Source of the DNA: an uncultured delta proteobacterium
GTDB lineage: Bacteria; Desulfobacterota; Binatia; UBA9968
Assembly (NCBI GenBank): GCA_963816145.1
Contig: CAWFJP010000013.1
Location: forward strand, 1 to 64,000
DNA: 64,000 bases
Direction: 5' to 3'
Below, piece after piece: positions 9,410-18,603 of this stretch. The first letter of the stretch is position 1, and the number at the start of each line of letters is the position of its first letter. Under the pieces are notes generated by a model that worked only from the letters and a program-made list of their open reading frames with translations, searched no databases and was not told the DNA's origin. The translations under genes and the position numbers were made by a program.

Positions 9410-10352
9410 ATGAAAGTGCGCATCGGCATCCAGCTTGGCCAGTGGCCGAGCCGCGACATCCGGCCCGAGGCGGTCCTCGATCTCGTCGATGACTTCGAAG
9501 CGCTCGATGTCGACTCCATCTGGGTGAGCGATCGGCTGGTTTCCTCGGCCTTGACTCTCGAACCGATCACGTTTCTCTCCTATATCGCCGGCCGGCTGCG
9601 CAAGATGAAGTTCGGCACCAGCACGTTGGTGCTGCCGACGCGCAATCCGATGGTACTCGCCAAAGAACTCGCGACGCTGGATTTTCTCTCGCAAGGACGA
9701 CTGTTTCCCGCTATCGGTCTGGGCGGCGAAGAGTCCAAAGACTTGCAAGCCGTTGGTGTCGAGCAAGCAAGACCCGCGCTGGCCGTACCGACGAAATGAT
9801 CGTGCTTATGCGGCGGCTGTGGACTGAAGAAAACGTGACCTTCACCGGCAAGCACTTTTGCGGTTGAAAGACGTCACCATCATGCCGCGCCCCTGGCAGA
9901 AAAAGGGGCCGCCAATCTGGATCGGCGGGCGCAGCGAAGCGGCGCTAAGACGAACTGGTCGATTGGGCGATGGCTGGTTGGTCTCTTCGGTCTCGGCTGA
10001 CGAAGTGGCCCAAGGCATCGAGTCGATTCGCCGGTATGCCGCCGATGCCGGCCGGCAAGTTCCCGAAGATCATTTCGGCGTGCTGATTCCCTTCTATTTC
10101 TCTGGCAGTGTCGACAAAGCGTTCGAGATCGCCGGCCGCGCCATCCGCCCGCGCGCAGACTTGCCGATCAGCGAATTCACCGCGTTTGGCACGCCCGAGC
10201 GAGTGCGCGAACGAGTTCGAGACTACATCGCCGCCGGCGCGACCAAGTTCATCATGCGCCCCTGCGGACCGTTCGAAGGCTGGCGCGACCAGGTCAGGAT
10301 CTTGGCGCGGGAAGTAATTCAGCCACTGCAGACTTCGGCTGCGAACGAATAG
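9410..10352 (+). pseudogene. LLM-class flavin-dependent oxidoreductase with two frameshifts (pseudogene or sequencing error)
   Basis: DSIWVSDR...LAKELATLD in frame 1; RAGRTDEMIVLMRRLWTEENVTFTGKHF in a second frame (from 9775); LKDVTIMPRP...PPIWIGG...GDGW in a third frame (from 9858). Confidence 0.8.
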
Positions 10353-10616
10353 GGCTCTGTTGGCTAGGGCTATTTCGTCGCCGGGACAGGCGAAATTAGA
10401 CTGCTTGGTAAATTTTTTGTCATTGAGTTAGGTGAGAGGCCGTCCCAACGATTCTTTCTTAAGATCGTAAGAGGCGTGGAGAGCAAATCTAAGTCAATAC
10501 TCAGACCCAGGCACTCACCCCTGACCTCGACGATCAAATACTGACGAGTTGATACGATGGGAGAAGAGAAAGAAATTCTTCTGCGGGAGAAGATTTGTGC
10601 CTACATGAACTGCTGG

Positions 10617-11954
10617 CTCCCAAGTAACTCTAGTCCACTATGCTCAAGTAAGCGCTTGTCGGCCGGTGCTTGAACTAGTCACCGTGAGTTGGAAGCCAAG
10701 TTCCGCAGCACGTCGTTTGAGGTTACGCAAAAGCCGGTCACGGTAACGTTCTTCGTAAATGGCTTCTCCTTGATCGACGTAGCCGGCACCGTGCTTGAGC
10801 ATGCGGTACAGTATGCGGGCCAATTTGTAGGCAGCCGCCGTGAGGGCTTTGGGGGCACCAAGACGAGCTTTGAGACGACGGAAGTACGCGCCGAGAGCCG
10901 ACTGGCTTTGGTTGAGAGACTGGGCCGCCATACGTAGGGCGGCGGCGGCTCGGTTTGCCGAAGGTTTGGTACGACCGCTCAGGCGTTTGCCACCAGAAAC
11001 CTTGCTCCCCGGAGCCAAACCGAGCCAAGAGCCGAAGTGTTTTTCTGTAGGCCAGCGACTCATGTCGAGTCCAATCTCACCAATGACCGTCAGAGCGGTG
11101 TTAGCTTCAATGCTATCGATTTGGGTAAGATCAACGCCCGTCATACGGTAAAGATAGCTGCGCGCATCGAAGCCAACCCCACTGCGCCGGCGCTTACGGG
11201 AGCGCGCAGTCAGCGGGGTCTCGGGGTTCTTGTCCTCGAACTGTTGTAGGCAAGCCTCGATCTGGCAATCACAGGCCGCGATTTGCTTTTGGTAGAACTC
11301 GACGAGCTCGACGGCTTGCTGCAGAGAAAAAAGATGCTCTTGGCGATAGTGCCCTTCAAGGGCACGGGCCACCGTTGCCTCGGAGTTCTTGCAGCGCGGG
11401 TCGCGTAGTTTCGCCAGTTCGACCGGATCGCGCTCTCCCTTGAGAATGGCCTTGATGATTCCCATGCCTGTTAGCCCAGTAATATCGCTGACCACATGGG
11501 TGAGCTTAAGATTCATCTGCTCCAAAGCCTTTTGCATGTGCTGGATGTGATGGGAGGCATAGGCCACCAACATTGCGCGTTGCCGCAAGTAGCTGCGCAG
11601 GATACACACCTGATCCGCTGGGCGAAACGCACCGCGTAACAATCCATAGGTGTGCAATTCTTGGAGCCACTGGCAGTCCAGCACATCAGTCTTGCGACCC
11701 GGGACATTTTTGACTCGGCGGGCATCGACCAGCAGCACTTCGAAGCCCCGCTCCACCAACAGCTCGTAGAGCGCAATCCAGTAAACGCCCGTGGACTCCA
11801 TCGCCACGGTCTCGATCTCGCATTGTTTCAGCCAATCGGCCAGAGCGCACAGAGATCCGCTGAAGGCTTCGAAGCGGCGAACATCCTGCCCTTCGCGATC
11901 ACGGCCCGGGGGGACCGCGGCCCAGTGCTCCTCCGATCCGATGTCGATGCCCAC
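10617..11954 (-). mobile_element. IS110-family element, left end missing
   Basis: Recombinase with DEDD RuvC motifs (GIDIG, AMESTG, RKTD, LDC) and Tnp-domain SGG serine; probable right end gttacttgggag ~16-27 nt after the stop; no native start or left non-coding end. Confidence 0.85.
10644..11954 (-). CDS. IS110 family transposase/recombinase
   Basis: VGIDIGSEEHWAAVP...TVAMESTGVYW...VKNVPGRKTDVLDCQWLQ...FGSWLGLAPGSKVSGGK...KLARILYRML; residues upstream of 11954 are not transposase-like. Confidence 0.92.
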   Translation of the reverse strand: MGIDIGSEEHWAAVPPGRDREGQDVRRFEAFSGSLCALADWLKQCEIETVAMESTGVYWIALYELLVERGFEVLLVDARRVKNVPGRKTDVLDCQWLQELHTYGLLRGAFRPADQVCILRSYLRQRAMLVAYASHHIQHMQKALEQMNLKLTHVVSDITGLTGMGIIKAILKGERDPVELAKLRDPRCKNSEATVARALEGHYRQEHLFSLQQAVELVEFYQKQIAACDCQIEACLQQFEDKNPETPLTARSRKRRRSGVGFDARSYLYRMTGVDLTQIDSIEANTALTVIGEIGLDMSRWPTEKHFGSWLGLAPGSKVSGGKRLSGRTKPSANRAAAALRMAAQSLNQSQSALGAYFRRLKARLGAPKALTAAAYKLARILYRMLKHGAGYVDQGEAIYEERYRDRLLRNLKRRAAELGFQLTVTSSSTGRQALT

Positions 11955-11980
11955 AGGGATTTTCTGCGACGCGCGGGCGG
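11954..11980. repeat. junction motif copy 1 (related to 13492-13519)
   Basis: cagggattttctgcgacg-cgcgggcgg vs caaggtttttctgcatcggcgcgagcgg, 22/28 identical by manual alignment. Confidence 0.55.
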
Positions 11981-11984
11981 GGAC

Positions 11985-12996
11985 GGACTTGAACGCTACA
12001 TACATGAGGCACACTAGGTGGAGCCCGCTGAAATTTCCCGGAAGGCTCTTCAACTGATATTTTGGCGAGGCGTCACTTAGTGTCCAGACCGCTTTGTCCC
12101 TTCGCGGCGATTTCGAAAGCGATCTGTTGCATTTCCGCGCGCGGCATTTTGGCAAATGTTTCCAAGGCACCAAGGCAATACATCACGGCGTCCGGACGTG
12201 GCATTCCTGGTGTAAGCCTTTTGAAGCTCTGTTCGGCCATCTTTCGCAACGCATCCTGCGCAGCGTCGGCGATTTTGCTGTATTCATCAAGATCGATAAC
12301 TTTTTTGTACGCGTCATGAGCGTCTTTGGTGCGTCCTAAAGCGACGAGGACCTCGGCCAAGCCGAACATTGCCGCCTGATCTCTTGGTGCCAGCATTACC
12401 GCCTGCCGAAGATGTTTTTCCGCTTCCTCTGACCGACCAGCCTTGAAGAGACAAGCGCCAAGATTCCGCTGTGCCCAGGGATTTTGTGGATCTCTTCTCG
12501 CCGCCTCATTGAGAACGGCAATCGCTTCCGTACTGTTCCCCTGCCTTTGCAGGGCAACTCCGAGAGCAATCCTCGCGTTGGTGAAATCGGGAACCAAATT
12601 GATGGCTGTACGCAGATGCTCCTGAGCTTCGGCCAATTGTCCCATGTCGCTGAGCGCCATGCCGAGATTGTACATGATGTTTACGTCTGTCGGTTTATCG
12701 CTCAAGAACAGTCTCAATAGTGTGACGGCTCCCGCGTACTCGCCGCGTTTGAGTTTTTCGACGACTTGCGCCAGAGCGTCGGGCGACTGACGATCAGGTG
12801 TCCAACTTATCTCGATAGTTTGGTCGCTAACTTCGACCGAATGCCATCCGCCGATGGCCTGAAAATCCGTGGTCAGATAAGCTTTTACTGAGTCTCGGAA
12901 AAGTGCAGTACCGCGCTGGCGCGCCTCGATAGGCAAAAGTGAAAGATCGAAGTCCTCCGTTGCCAAGGTAAATTTCAGCACATTTGGTTCGGTCAT
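11985..12996 (-). CDS. tetratricopeptide repeat protein, frameshifted at ~12075 and C-terminally fused to the IS110 frame
   Basis: TPR units (YNLGMALSDMG, IALGVALQRQG, RNLGACLFKAG, FGLAEVLVALG); GLDTK-stop continues as DASPKYQLKSLPGNFSGLHLVCLMYVAFKS after removing one base. Confidence 0.75.
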
Positions 12997-13051
12997 AATG
13001 AAAGTTTTATAGCCTGGGTGCTGGAATATAGGAAGAGACCCGTCTCGGTCT

Positions 13052-15418
13052 TCAGGTGTAGCTTGGCTGGTTATAGGGGCGCCACTGATACCAACCCGTA
13101 AGACCCAACTGTTTGCTCCAGAGATCGATGAGCTGGCAATCCGCGGAAGTATCATCGGGCACTTCGTCGAGAACCCGGAGGAGTTCCTCGCCAGCTTTGG
13201 CAAAACCAGCCGCTTTATACGGGAGCGAAAGCCTTGGATCGGCAAGACGCCCAGCCCAAAACTCGGCGAACGCAGCGTTCATCGCAAGGTTGGATTCGAG
13301 GACCTTCGTGGGAGCAATCTTCTTGATCTCCGGACTAAGTGCCTGCAAGTTTTCTTGCAGTTGCTGCATTGCCGAATTCTGTTGAAGTTCAGAAAGCTCT
13401 GGAAACTCGCGCATAATCCACGAATCCACGCGCAAGCCAACGGGGATCGATCTCAATTGGGTCATTAGGCCGTCGAAAGGAAGAACTAAGTCAAGGTTTT
13501 TCTGCATCGGCGCGAGCGGTCGTACGTAATTCCAGATCCTGCTCCAATATAAGGTCTTGTTGTTCGACACGTACGGTTCATAGAAATCCATCAGCTGTGG
13601 GTCCAACGCATGAGGATCAGCAGCACCCTCGGTCTTCCATTTGCGGGAATACGTCGAGAGTATTCGAACGCTCGATCCCTCACTGTGGCGGTAGCGCAAT
13701 TCCGCTTCCCACTCGTCAGGATTGTCATAGATTCGAAAATCTAATCCATATTCCGATGACTCAGCTACTCTAATGCTAGCCCGCTTGCGATATGGTTCAG
13801 CGGCTTCTGCAGCTTTAGGCAGATCGTCTTCAGAGGCCGAAGGTGGGGGCGCATTACGCATAGGCGCGGAGTTAATCAATCCTTCAGTTAATCGAGGTCT
13901 CCACCGTTTGAAAAGAAACCGATTCGCTGCCGGATCGTCACCCCTAAGTACGGCTTCAATCCAAGCAACAAATTCTACTGAGCCGGCACAACGAAACTGA
14001 CAGCCCTCTAGATCGACTTCCTCTATCTCTGCAACACCAAGCTCCCGTGACCAGGTTTGAATGTCTTGAACGGTGGTGTTTTCTCGTTGACGGAATGCTT
14101 GAAGAGGGTCAAGCAAAAATACCGTGATTAGTGAACTCCGGATAATATGGTATGCCTGCGGTCCTAATGTGGGTGCAAACCCAAACTGTCCCCGGCCTCG
14201 CGGATGTTCGGGATTAATCAATGCATGTGACTCGTCCACGATCGAGACTAAGTTTTGATTGTCCTGTGCCCCATCTCGAAAAGCCTCGCCTAGTGCTTGC
14301 AAGGTCGAAAGGTTTTTACGCCATACAGAAGCATCCGAAAGAAAATTGTCGCCGTGCTTTTTGCGCAGCTGTCCCAGTCTCTGTGTTGTGATTGGTGAAA
14401 AGCTTGTCGCCTTCCTAATGACGCCACTAGCGGCTTCAACCTGGCTGGCACGGTCGAACAAATGAGACCAATTGCTGTTTTGGCTCATAGAGGTCGTTGT
14501 AAATATGACGTCGCCTTCCGGGAGACGGTTATCAGTAACTAGTGATGCCCATATGCGCGCCGCGATCACGGATTTGCCAGAACCGGGTGGGCCTTTAACC
14601 ACTACGACTTTTTTCGGCAAAGTATTGCCCGTCGGCTCTAAAATACCCTTCTCGATAGTTGCCCAACATACGCTAAAGGCCTTGCGCTGGTTATCCAAAA
14701 GCTCGAATACGTTCGCCCTAGGATCTAATATTTGAGCACCGATTTGGGAAACAAAACCTCGATCCTGACAATAAACGCCTTCTGAGAAGGCCTTTGCGAA
14801 AGATTCATTGGGAAGAGTCAAACGGGATCGAAAGAAGTTTGGAAAATTCCTGTCAATGTCTTTCGGTGCGATCGTAAATATTGGGTAAGCCTCGGTAAGC
14901 TTACGATTGGGTTCTACAATATATGGTGCCGTCCAAAAATCACGGGTAAACAGAACACAGCCATCAACGTTAGCTTGGTGTTCTGCGACCGCCGAATGGA
15001 AACGGCGACAATACTCGGTATAACCACGCACTTGATCTGACGGATGGAGTTCTTGCCTCCCCTGTCGTTCGATGAGGCCTTTGTAATATCCAGGCTTATC
15101 CCCGCGCGTGATCCAATGTTTCAGTTCCAGAATGACGACCGAAGCTCGACCGGCGTGCTGTCCAAGAAGCACTACGTCACACCACGCAGATGAAGCCGGC
15201 AACTGATATTCCAAAGCCAGATTACCGCGACTTCCGAAATAAAGGTGGAGAGGTTGAAACGACGGTGCTCTACAAATTTGCGAAAGCTTTCCTAATGAGC
15301 TTTCCCAAGCGTGCGCTTCCTCGGTGCCGTATCTACCGGTGAGTGCCTGTAAATCGCTAATGAGACCTCTGCAGTCATTTTCCACTCGATTCCGAAAAGT
15401 CTCGACTGTCATCAGCAT
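13052..15418 (-). CDS. DUF2075 (Schlafen group 3-type helicase) protein with N-terminal PD-(D/E)xK-like region, apparently chimeric at the C-terminus
   Basis: LEYQLP...CDVVLLG...ILELKHW; HPSDQV; Walker A GPPGSGKS; IVDESH; QFRCAG; after WNYV the sequence changes to an unrelated helical domain (FDGLMTQLRSIPVGLRVDSW). Confidence 0.75.
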   Translation of the reverse strand: MLMTVETFRNRVENDCRGLISDLQALTGRYGTEEAHAWESSLGKLSQICRAPSFQPLHLYFGSRGNLALEYQLPASSAWCDVVLLGQHAGRASVVILELKHWITRGDKPGYYKGLIERQGRQELHPSDQVRGYTEYCRRFHSAVAEHQANVDGCVLFTRDFWTAPYIVEPNRKLTEAYPIFTIAPKDIDRNFPNFFRSRLTLPNESFAKAFSEGVYCQDRGFVSQIGAQILDPRANVFELLDNQRKAFSVCWATIEKGILEPTGNTLPKKVVVVKGPPGSGKSVIAARIWASLVTDNRLPEGDVIFTTTSMSQNSNWSHLFDRASQVEAASGVIRKATSFSPITTQRLGQLRKKHGDNFLSDASVWRKNLSTLQALGEAFRDGAQDNQNLVSIVDESHALINPEHPRGRGQFGFAPTLGPQAYHIIRSSLITVFLLDPLQAFRQRENTTVQDIQTWSRELGVAEIEEVDLEGCQFRCAGSVEFVAWIEAVLRGDDPAANRFLFKRWRPRLTEGLINSAPMRNAPPPSASEDDLPKAAEAAEPYRKRASIRVAESSEYGLDFRIYDNPDEWEAELRYRHSEGSSVRILSTYSRKWKTEGAADPHALDPQLMDFYEPYVSNNKTLYWSRIWNYVRPLAPMQKNLDLVLPFDGLMTQLRSIPVGLRVDSWIMREFPELSELQQNSAMQQLQENLQALSPEIKKIAPTKVLESNLAMNAAFAEFWAGRLADPRLSLPYKAAGFAKAGEELLRVLDEVPDDTSADCQLIDLWSKQLGLTGWYQWRPYNQPSYT
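13492..13519. repeat. junction motif copy 2 (related to 11954-11980)
   Basis: Lies where the DUF2075-like sequence ends. Confidence 0.55.
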
Positions 15419-15687
15419 AATACTATTAACCAATCGAAGCGATGTATGGTTCGACAGACGATGGCGTAACACAGTGGCAAGCGAAAACAGCGGTACTCAT
15501 AGACGTGAAGAATAAGCCTGAGATGTCAGGCGACAGGCAGTCCGGAGCTATCTATTCAAATATTTCCAGTCGCTCAATCGTTCCTCCTAATGATATTAAA
15601 TTATACAGACAATTGCACGCTTCGAGAATTCTTTAAGCGTCAAAATACAAATTATGCGGTCGTGATGTGTTCGCTCGTGGGTGTGGG

Positions 15688-16746
15688 TCAGAAAAAAAAG
15701 TTTTCCGACCATGCGCAACAAATAGTGGGAGCAGACATGAGCGGGATGATTAAGAAACTGTCCAATTCATACAGCACGGCTGCGCCAGTGAGTTTTCCGG
15801 TGCGCAGTTGGTGAAGGGCCTCGTTCGCGGCTTCTAACGGATATCTGCTTACTTCCGTGCGCACCGGGACTTTTGGCGCCAGCATCAGAAATTCTTCGCC
15901 GTCGCGGCGGGTCAGGTTGGCAATGGACGTGACCGTGCGTTCTTGCCAGAGTCGGGAATAAGGGAAAGTTGGAATGTCGCTCATGTGGATGCCGCCGCAG
16001 ACGACGGTGCCGCCTTTGCCGACCGCTTGCAGCGCTTGCGGAATTAATTCTCCCGCCGGGGCGAAGATGATCGCGGCATCGAGCTTGTGCGGCGGCAAGT
16101 CATTGGAACCGCCGGCCCATGCGGCGCCGAGACTTCGAGCGAACCGTTGGGCGTCCTCATCGCCTGGGCGGGTGAAGGCGTAGATTTCGCGCTGCTGATA
16201 TTTTGCCACCTGGGCGACGATATGCGCCGCGGCGCCGAAACCATAAATGCCCAACCGCTTACCGTTGCCGGCTTTGACTAGACTGCGATAACCGATGAGT
16301 CCGGCGCAGAGCAGCGGGGCGGCTTCGGCGTCGCTGTAAGCATCGGGAATCGGAAAACAGAAACGCTCGTCGGCAACCATGTACTCGGCGTAGCCACCGT
16401 CGAGGGTGTAGCCGGTGAATTTGGCATCGTCGCAGAGGTTTTCTTGACCGTTCTGGCAGAACGAACAGATTCCGCAGGTCCAACCGAGCCATGGGACACC
16501 GACGCGCGCGCCGATCCTGTAGCGGTCGACGCCGCTGCCTAGTTCCGCGATCGTCCCGACGACTTCGTGGCCAGGGATGAGTGGCAGCTTGGGTTGAGTC
16601 AATTCGCCGTCGACAATGTGCAGATCGGTGCGGCATACTGCGCAGGCGTGGACGCGGATCAAAAGTTGGCCGAGACCGGGACGCGGCGTCGAGATTTCGC
16701 TTTTGCGCAGCGGTTTGCCGGGACCGTCGAAAACCATAGCCAGCAT
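15688..16746 (-). CDS. zinc-dependent alcohol dehydrogenase (propanol-preferring AdhP-like)
   Basis: CRTDLH, GHE, structural Zn CxxCxxC-x7-C, LLCAGLIGY, GIYGFG; atypical 27-aa tail after GAAVL. Confidence 0.92.
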   Translation of the reverse strand: MLAMVFDGPGKPLRKSEISTPRPGLGQLLIRVHACAVCRTDLHIVDGELTQPKLPLIPGHEVVGTIAELGSGVDRYRIGARVGVPWLGWTCGICSFCQNGQENLCDDAKFTGYTLDGGYAEYMVADERFCFPIPDAYSDAEAAPLLCAGLIGYRSLVKAGNGKRLGIYGFGAAAHIVAQVAKYQQREIYAFTRPGDEDAQRFARSLGAAWAGGSNDLPPHKLDAAIIFAPAGELIPQALQAVGKGGTVVCGGIHMSDIPTFPYSRLWQERTVTSIANLTRRDGEEFLMLAPKVPVRTEVSRYPLEAANEALHQLRTGKLTGAAVLYELDSFLIIPLMSAPTICCAWSENFFF

Positions 16747-16835
16747 GGCTGTTGTTTATCCAAACCGGCGCCTAAAACCAACCTGTATAATCGAATTACG
16801 CCGCGCCGCGAAAGACATGTTATACTGAGCGGGAT

Positions 16836-17438
16836 TTGAAACTTTGCTGGAGTTGCACGATTGTCCGAGTCGCCACCTTGGCCTTGGTCTGGACACTGGA
16901 CCTGAGCCGTGGGTTTGCCGCGCAACCGGCGCCGGTCGCAGCGATCGACGTTTCCCGCGATTTCGGATTGTTTGCGGCAAATTCGCAACGCAGGTTTTGT
17001 TTGTCGATCGGCAACCCTGAACTGAAGCCCGGGCGGCAGATAACTCTCATCTGGGTGCCGGTGGAAGGCGAGCCGCATAAGCCGGAAATCCGCCGCGGCA
17101 AGATTATCGCGAAGTTGGCGGCGCCCTGTGATAATGCCAATGCGCAGTCTGACGATTCCTCCTACCGGCTCGAAACCGGCAAGATTGATAGCGGGAGGAT
17201 TTACATCGCGGTCGCGGCGCAGCCGAATAATTTGCGAATCACTGGCGGCGAACTTAGCGCGCGCTTCGGCGTTCATGAACTGAGTTTTCGGTCGTGTACC
17301 AGTACGGAAGGTTTGCACTTCAGCGCATGGTCGGGGACTCGCCCGAAAGAGCAGCAGGTCTGGCGGCGTTATTTCTATCTTGGCTATGATGTCGAGCCGA
17401 CCTGTGCTGAGCGGGATTTTAAGGAGATCAAACCTTGA
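16836..17438 (+). CDS. hypothetical exported protein
   Basis: Signal-peptide-like N-terminus, several Cys, C-terminal YFYLGYDVEPTC; stop overlaps the next start. Confidence 0.6.
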   Translation: MKLCWSCTIVRVATLALVWTLDLSRGFAAQPAPVAAIDVSRDFGLFAANSQRRFCLSIGNPELKPGRQITLIWVPVEGEPHKPEIRRGKIIAKLAAPCDNANAQSDDSSYRLETGKIDSGRIYIAVAAQPNNLRITGGELSARFGVHELSFRSCTSTEGLHFSAWSGTRPKEQQVWRRYFYLGYDVEPTCAERDFKEIKP

Positions 17439-18559
17439 GCCAACATTCGGAAATGCGCTTGTGTGAAATTTGGTTCGTCGCCCGGACGATATTCTTTTGC
17501 CTGGCTCTTGCTGGTTGCGAACTGCTGCCGCAACTGCATTTGCCGCAGTCTACGCCGCAGATTGTTTTCGATACTGCGCCGATTGCCGATCCGGTGCTAT
17601 CGGCGCCGGTGCGGGTAAGCCGTGGCCCGGAAGCAAACGAGGACCCCAGCATCATATTGGCGCGGGATGGCCGCTTCTATGTCGTATGGTCTTCCAAGCA
17701 GCGCGATCGCGTCGATCTCTTCATCAGTAGTTCGGCGGATGGCCGCGCCTGGTCCGAGGAGCGGCGCATCCTCGATGTTCCCGCCGAGGATTACAACCCG
17801 GCGTTGATGCAGTCCCGCGATGGCCGATTTCACCTGGTGTGGTGTCAGCTACAAAGGAAAGAAGGCCGCACCGACGTTTGGTATACCACGTCGAAGGACG
17901 GGAGGGTTTGGGACAAGCCAAGGTCGATTACCAACCGTGGTATCGATTGGGCGCCGACGATCTATGAAGATAACAAAGGGGTCTTGCGGATACTCTGGTC
18001 GTCGCGCCGTTCGAGCAGTCGTGATATCTGGATGACTCGTTCTATCGACGGCGGCAAGACCTGGTTATCGCCGGATCAAGTGACGCGCAGCTCCGAGGAG
18101 GATGATTTCCCCTACGCGCTGCAGGCGCCGAACGGCGAGCACTATCTGGTTTGGACCCGTTATCGGCGCGGTTCAGCGATGCTCGAGCTGCACAAGGACC
18201 GCAGCTCCGATGTGGTGCTGGCCACGTCGCGCGACGCCGTCGTCTGGTCCGCGCCGGTGGTCGCTTCGTTCGCCGATCCCGACAATAAGTTTGTCGATAT
18301 GCTGCCGGCGCTCTTTTGCGAACCGGACCTAGGACAAGTCTTGGTCACTTGGACTTCGGGCCGCACCAGCGCGCGCGGCGATATTTTAGCCCGCAGCATC
18401 ACTGCACCGTCATCACAAGTGTTCCAGCTCACGCAGTCGGAAAGCAGCAATTATTCGTCGAAGATCGTCCCGACGCGTCAACCCGGCGAATACCTGTTGG
18501 TCTGGGTATCGACCCGCGAAGGCAAGCCCGATATCTTCGCGCGCCGATTCAAACTCTAA
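17435..18559 (+). CDS. BNR/Asp-box (sialidase-like beta-propeller) lipoprotein
   Basis: Lipobox LAGC; Asp-boxes SSADGRAW, SKDGRVW, SIDGGKTW, SRDAVVW; start uncertain. Confidence 0.75.
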   Translation: MSQHSEMRLCEIWFVARTIFFCLALAGCELLPQLHLPQSTPQIVFDTAPIADPVLSAPVRVSRGPEANEDPSIILARDGRFYVVWSSKQRDRVDLFISSSADGRAWSEERRILDVPAEDYNPALMQSRDGRFHLVWCQLQRKEGRTDVWYTTSKDGRVWDKPRSITNRGIDWAPTIYEDNKGVLRILWSSRRSSSRDIWMTRSIDGGKTWLSPDQVTRSSEEDDFPYALQAPNGEHYLVWTRYRRGSAMLELHKDRSSDVVLATSRDAVVWSAPVVASFADPDNKFVDMLPALFCEPDLGQVLVTWTSGRTSARGDILARSITAPSSQVFQLTQSESSNYSSKIVPTRQPGEYLLVWVSTREGKPDIFARRFKL

Positions 18560-18603
18560 AATCGCTGGGAACCGTCTCCGTCTTATGGCCAAGGGTTTAT
18601 CGT

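Noticed and set aside
10557-10620. Short plus-strand ORF start MGEEKEILLREKICAYMNCW abutting the IS110 right end
   Set aside because: Could be the interrupted target gene, but it is too short to support and no continuation is visible
11955-12173. N-terminal 73 aa of the 509-aa ORF as part of the transposase
   Set aside because: It is out-of-frame TPR sequence plus the TPR tail and junction, not IS110 sequence
12997-13245. N-terminal extension of the TPR ORF
   Set aside because: Overlaps the upstream gene; MTEPNVLKF at 12996 is the more plausible start
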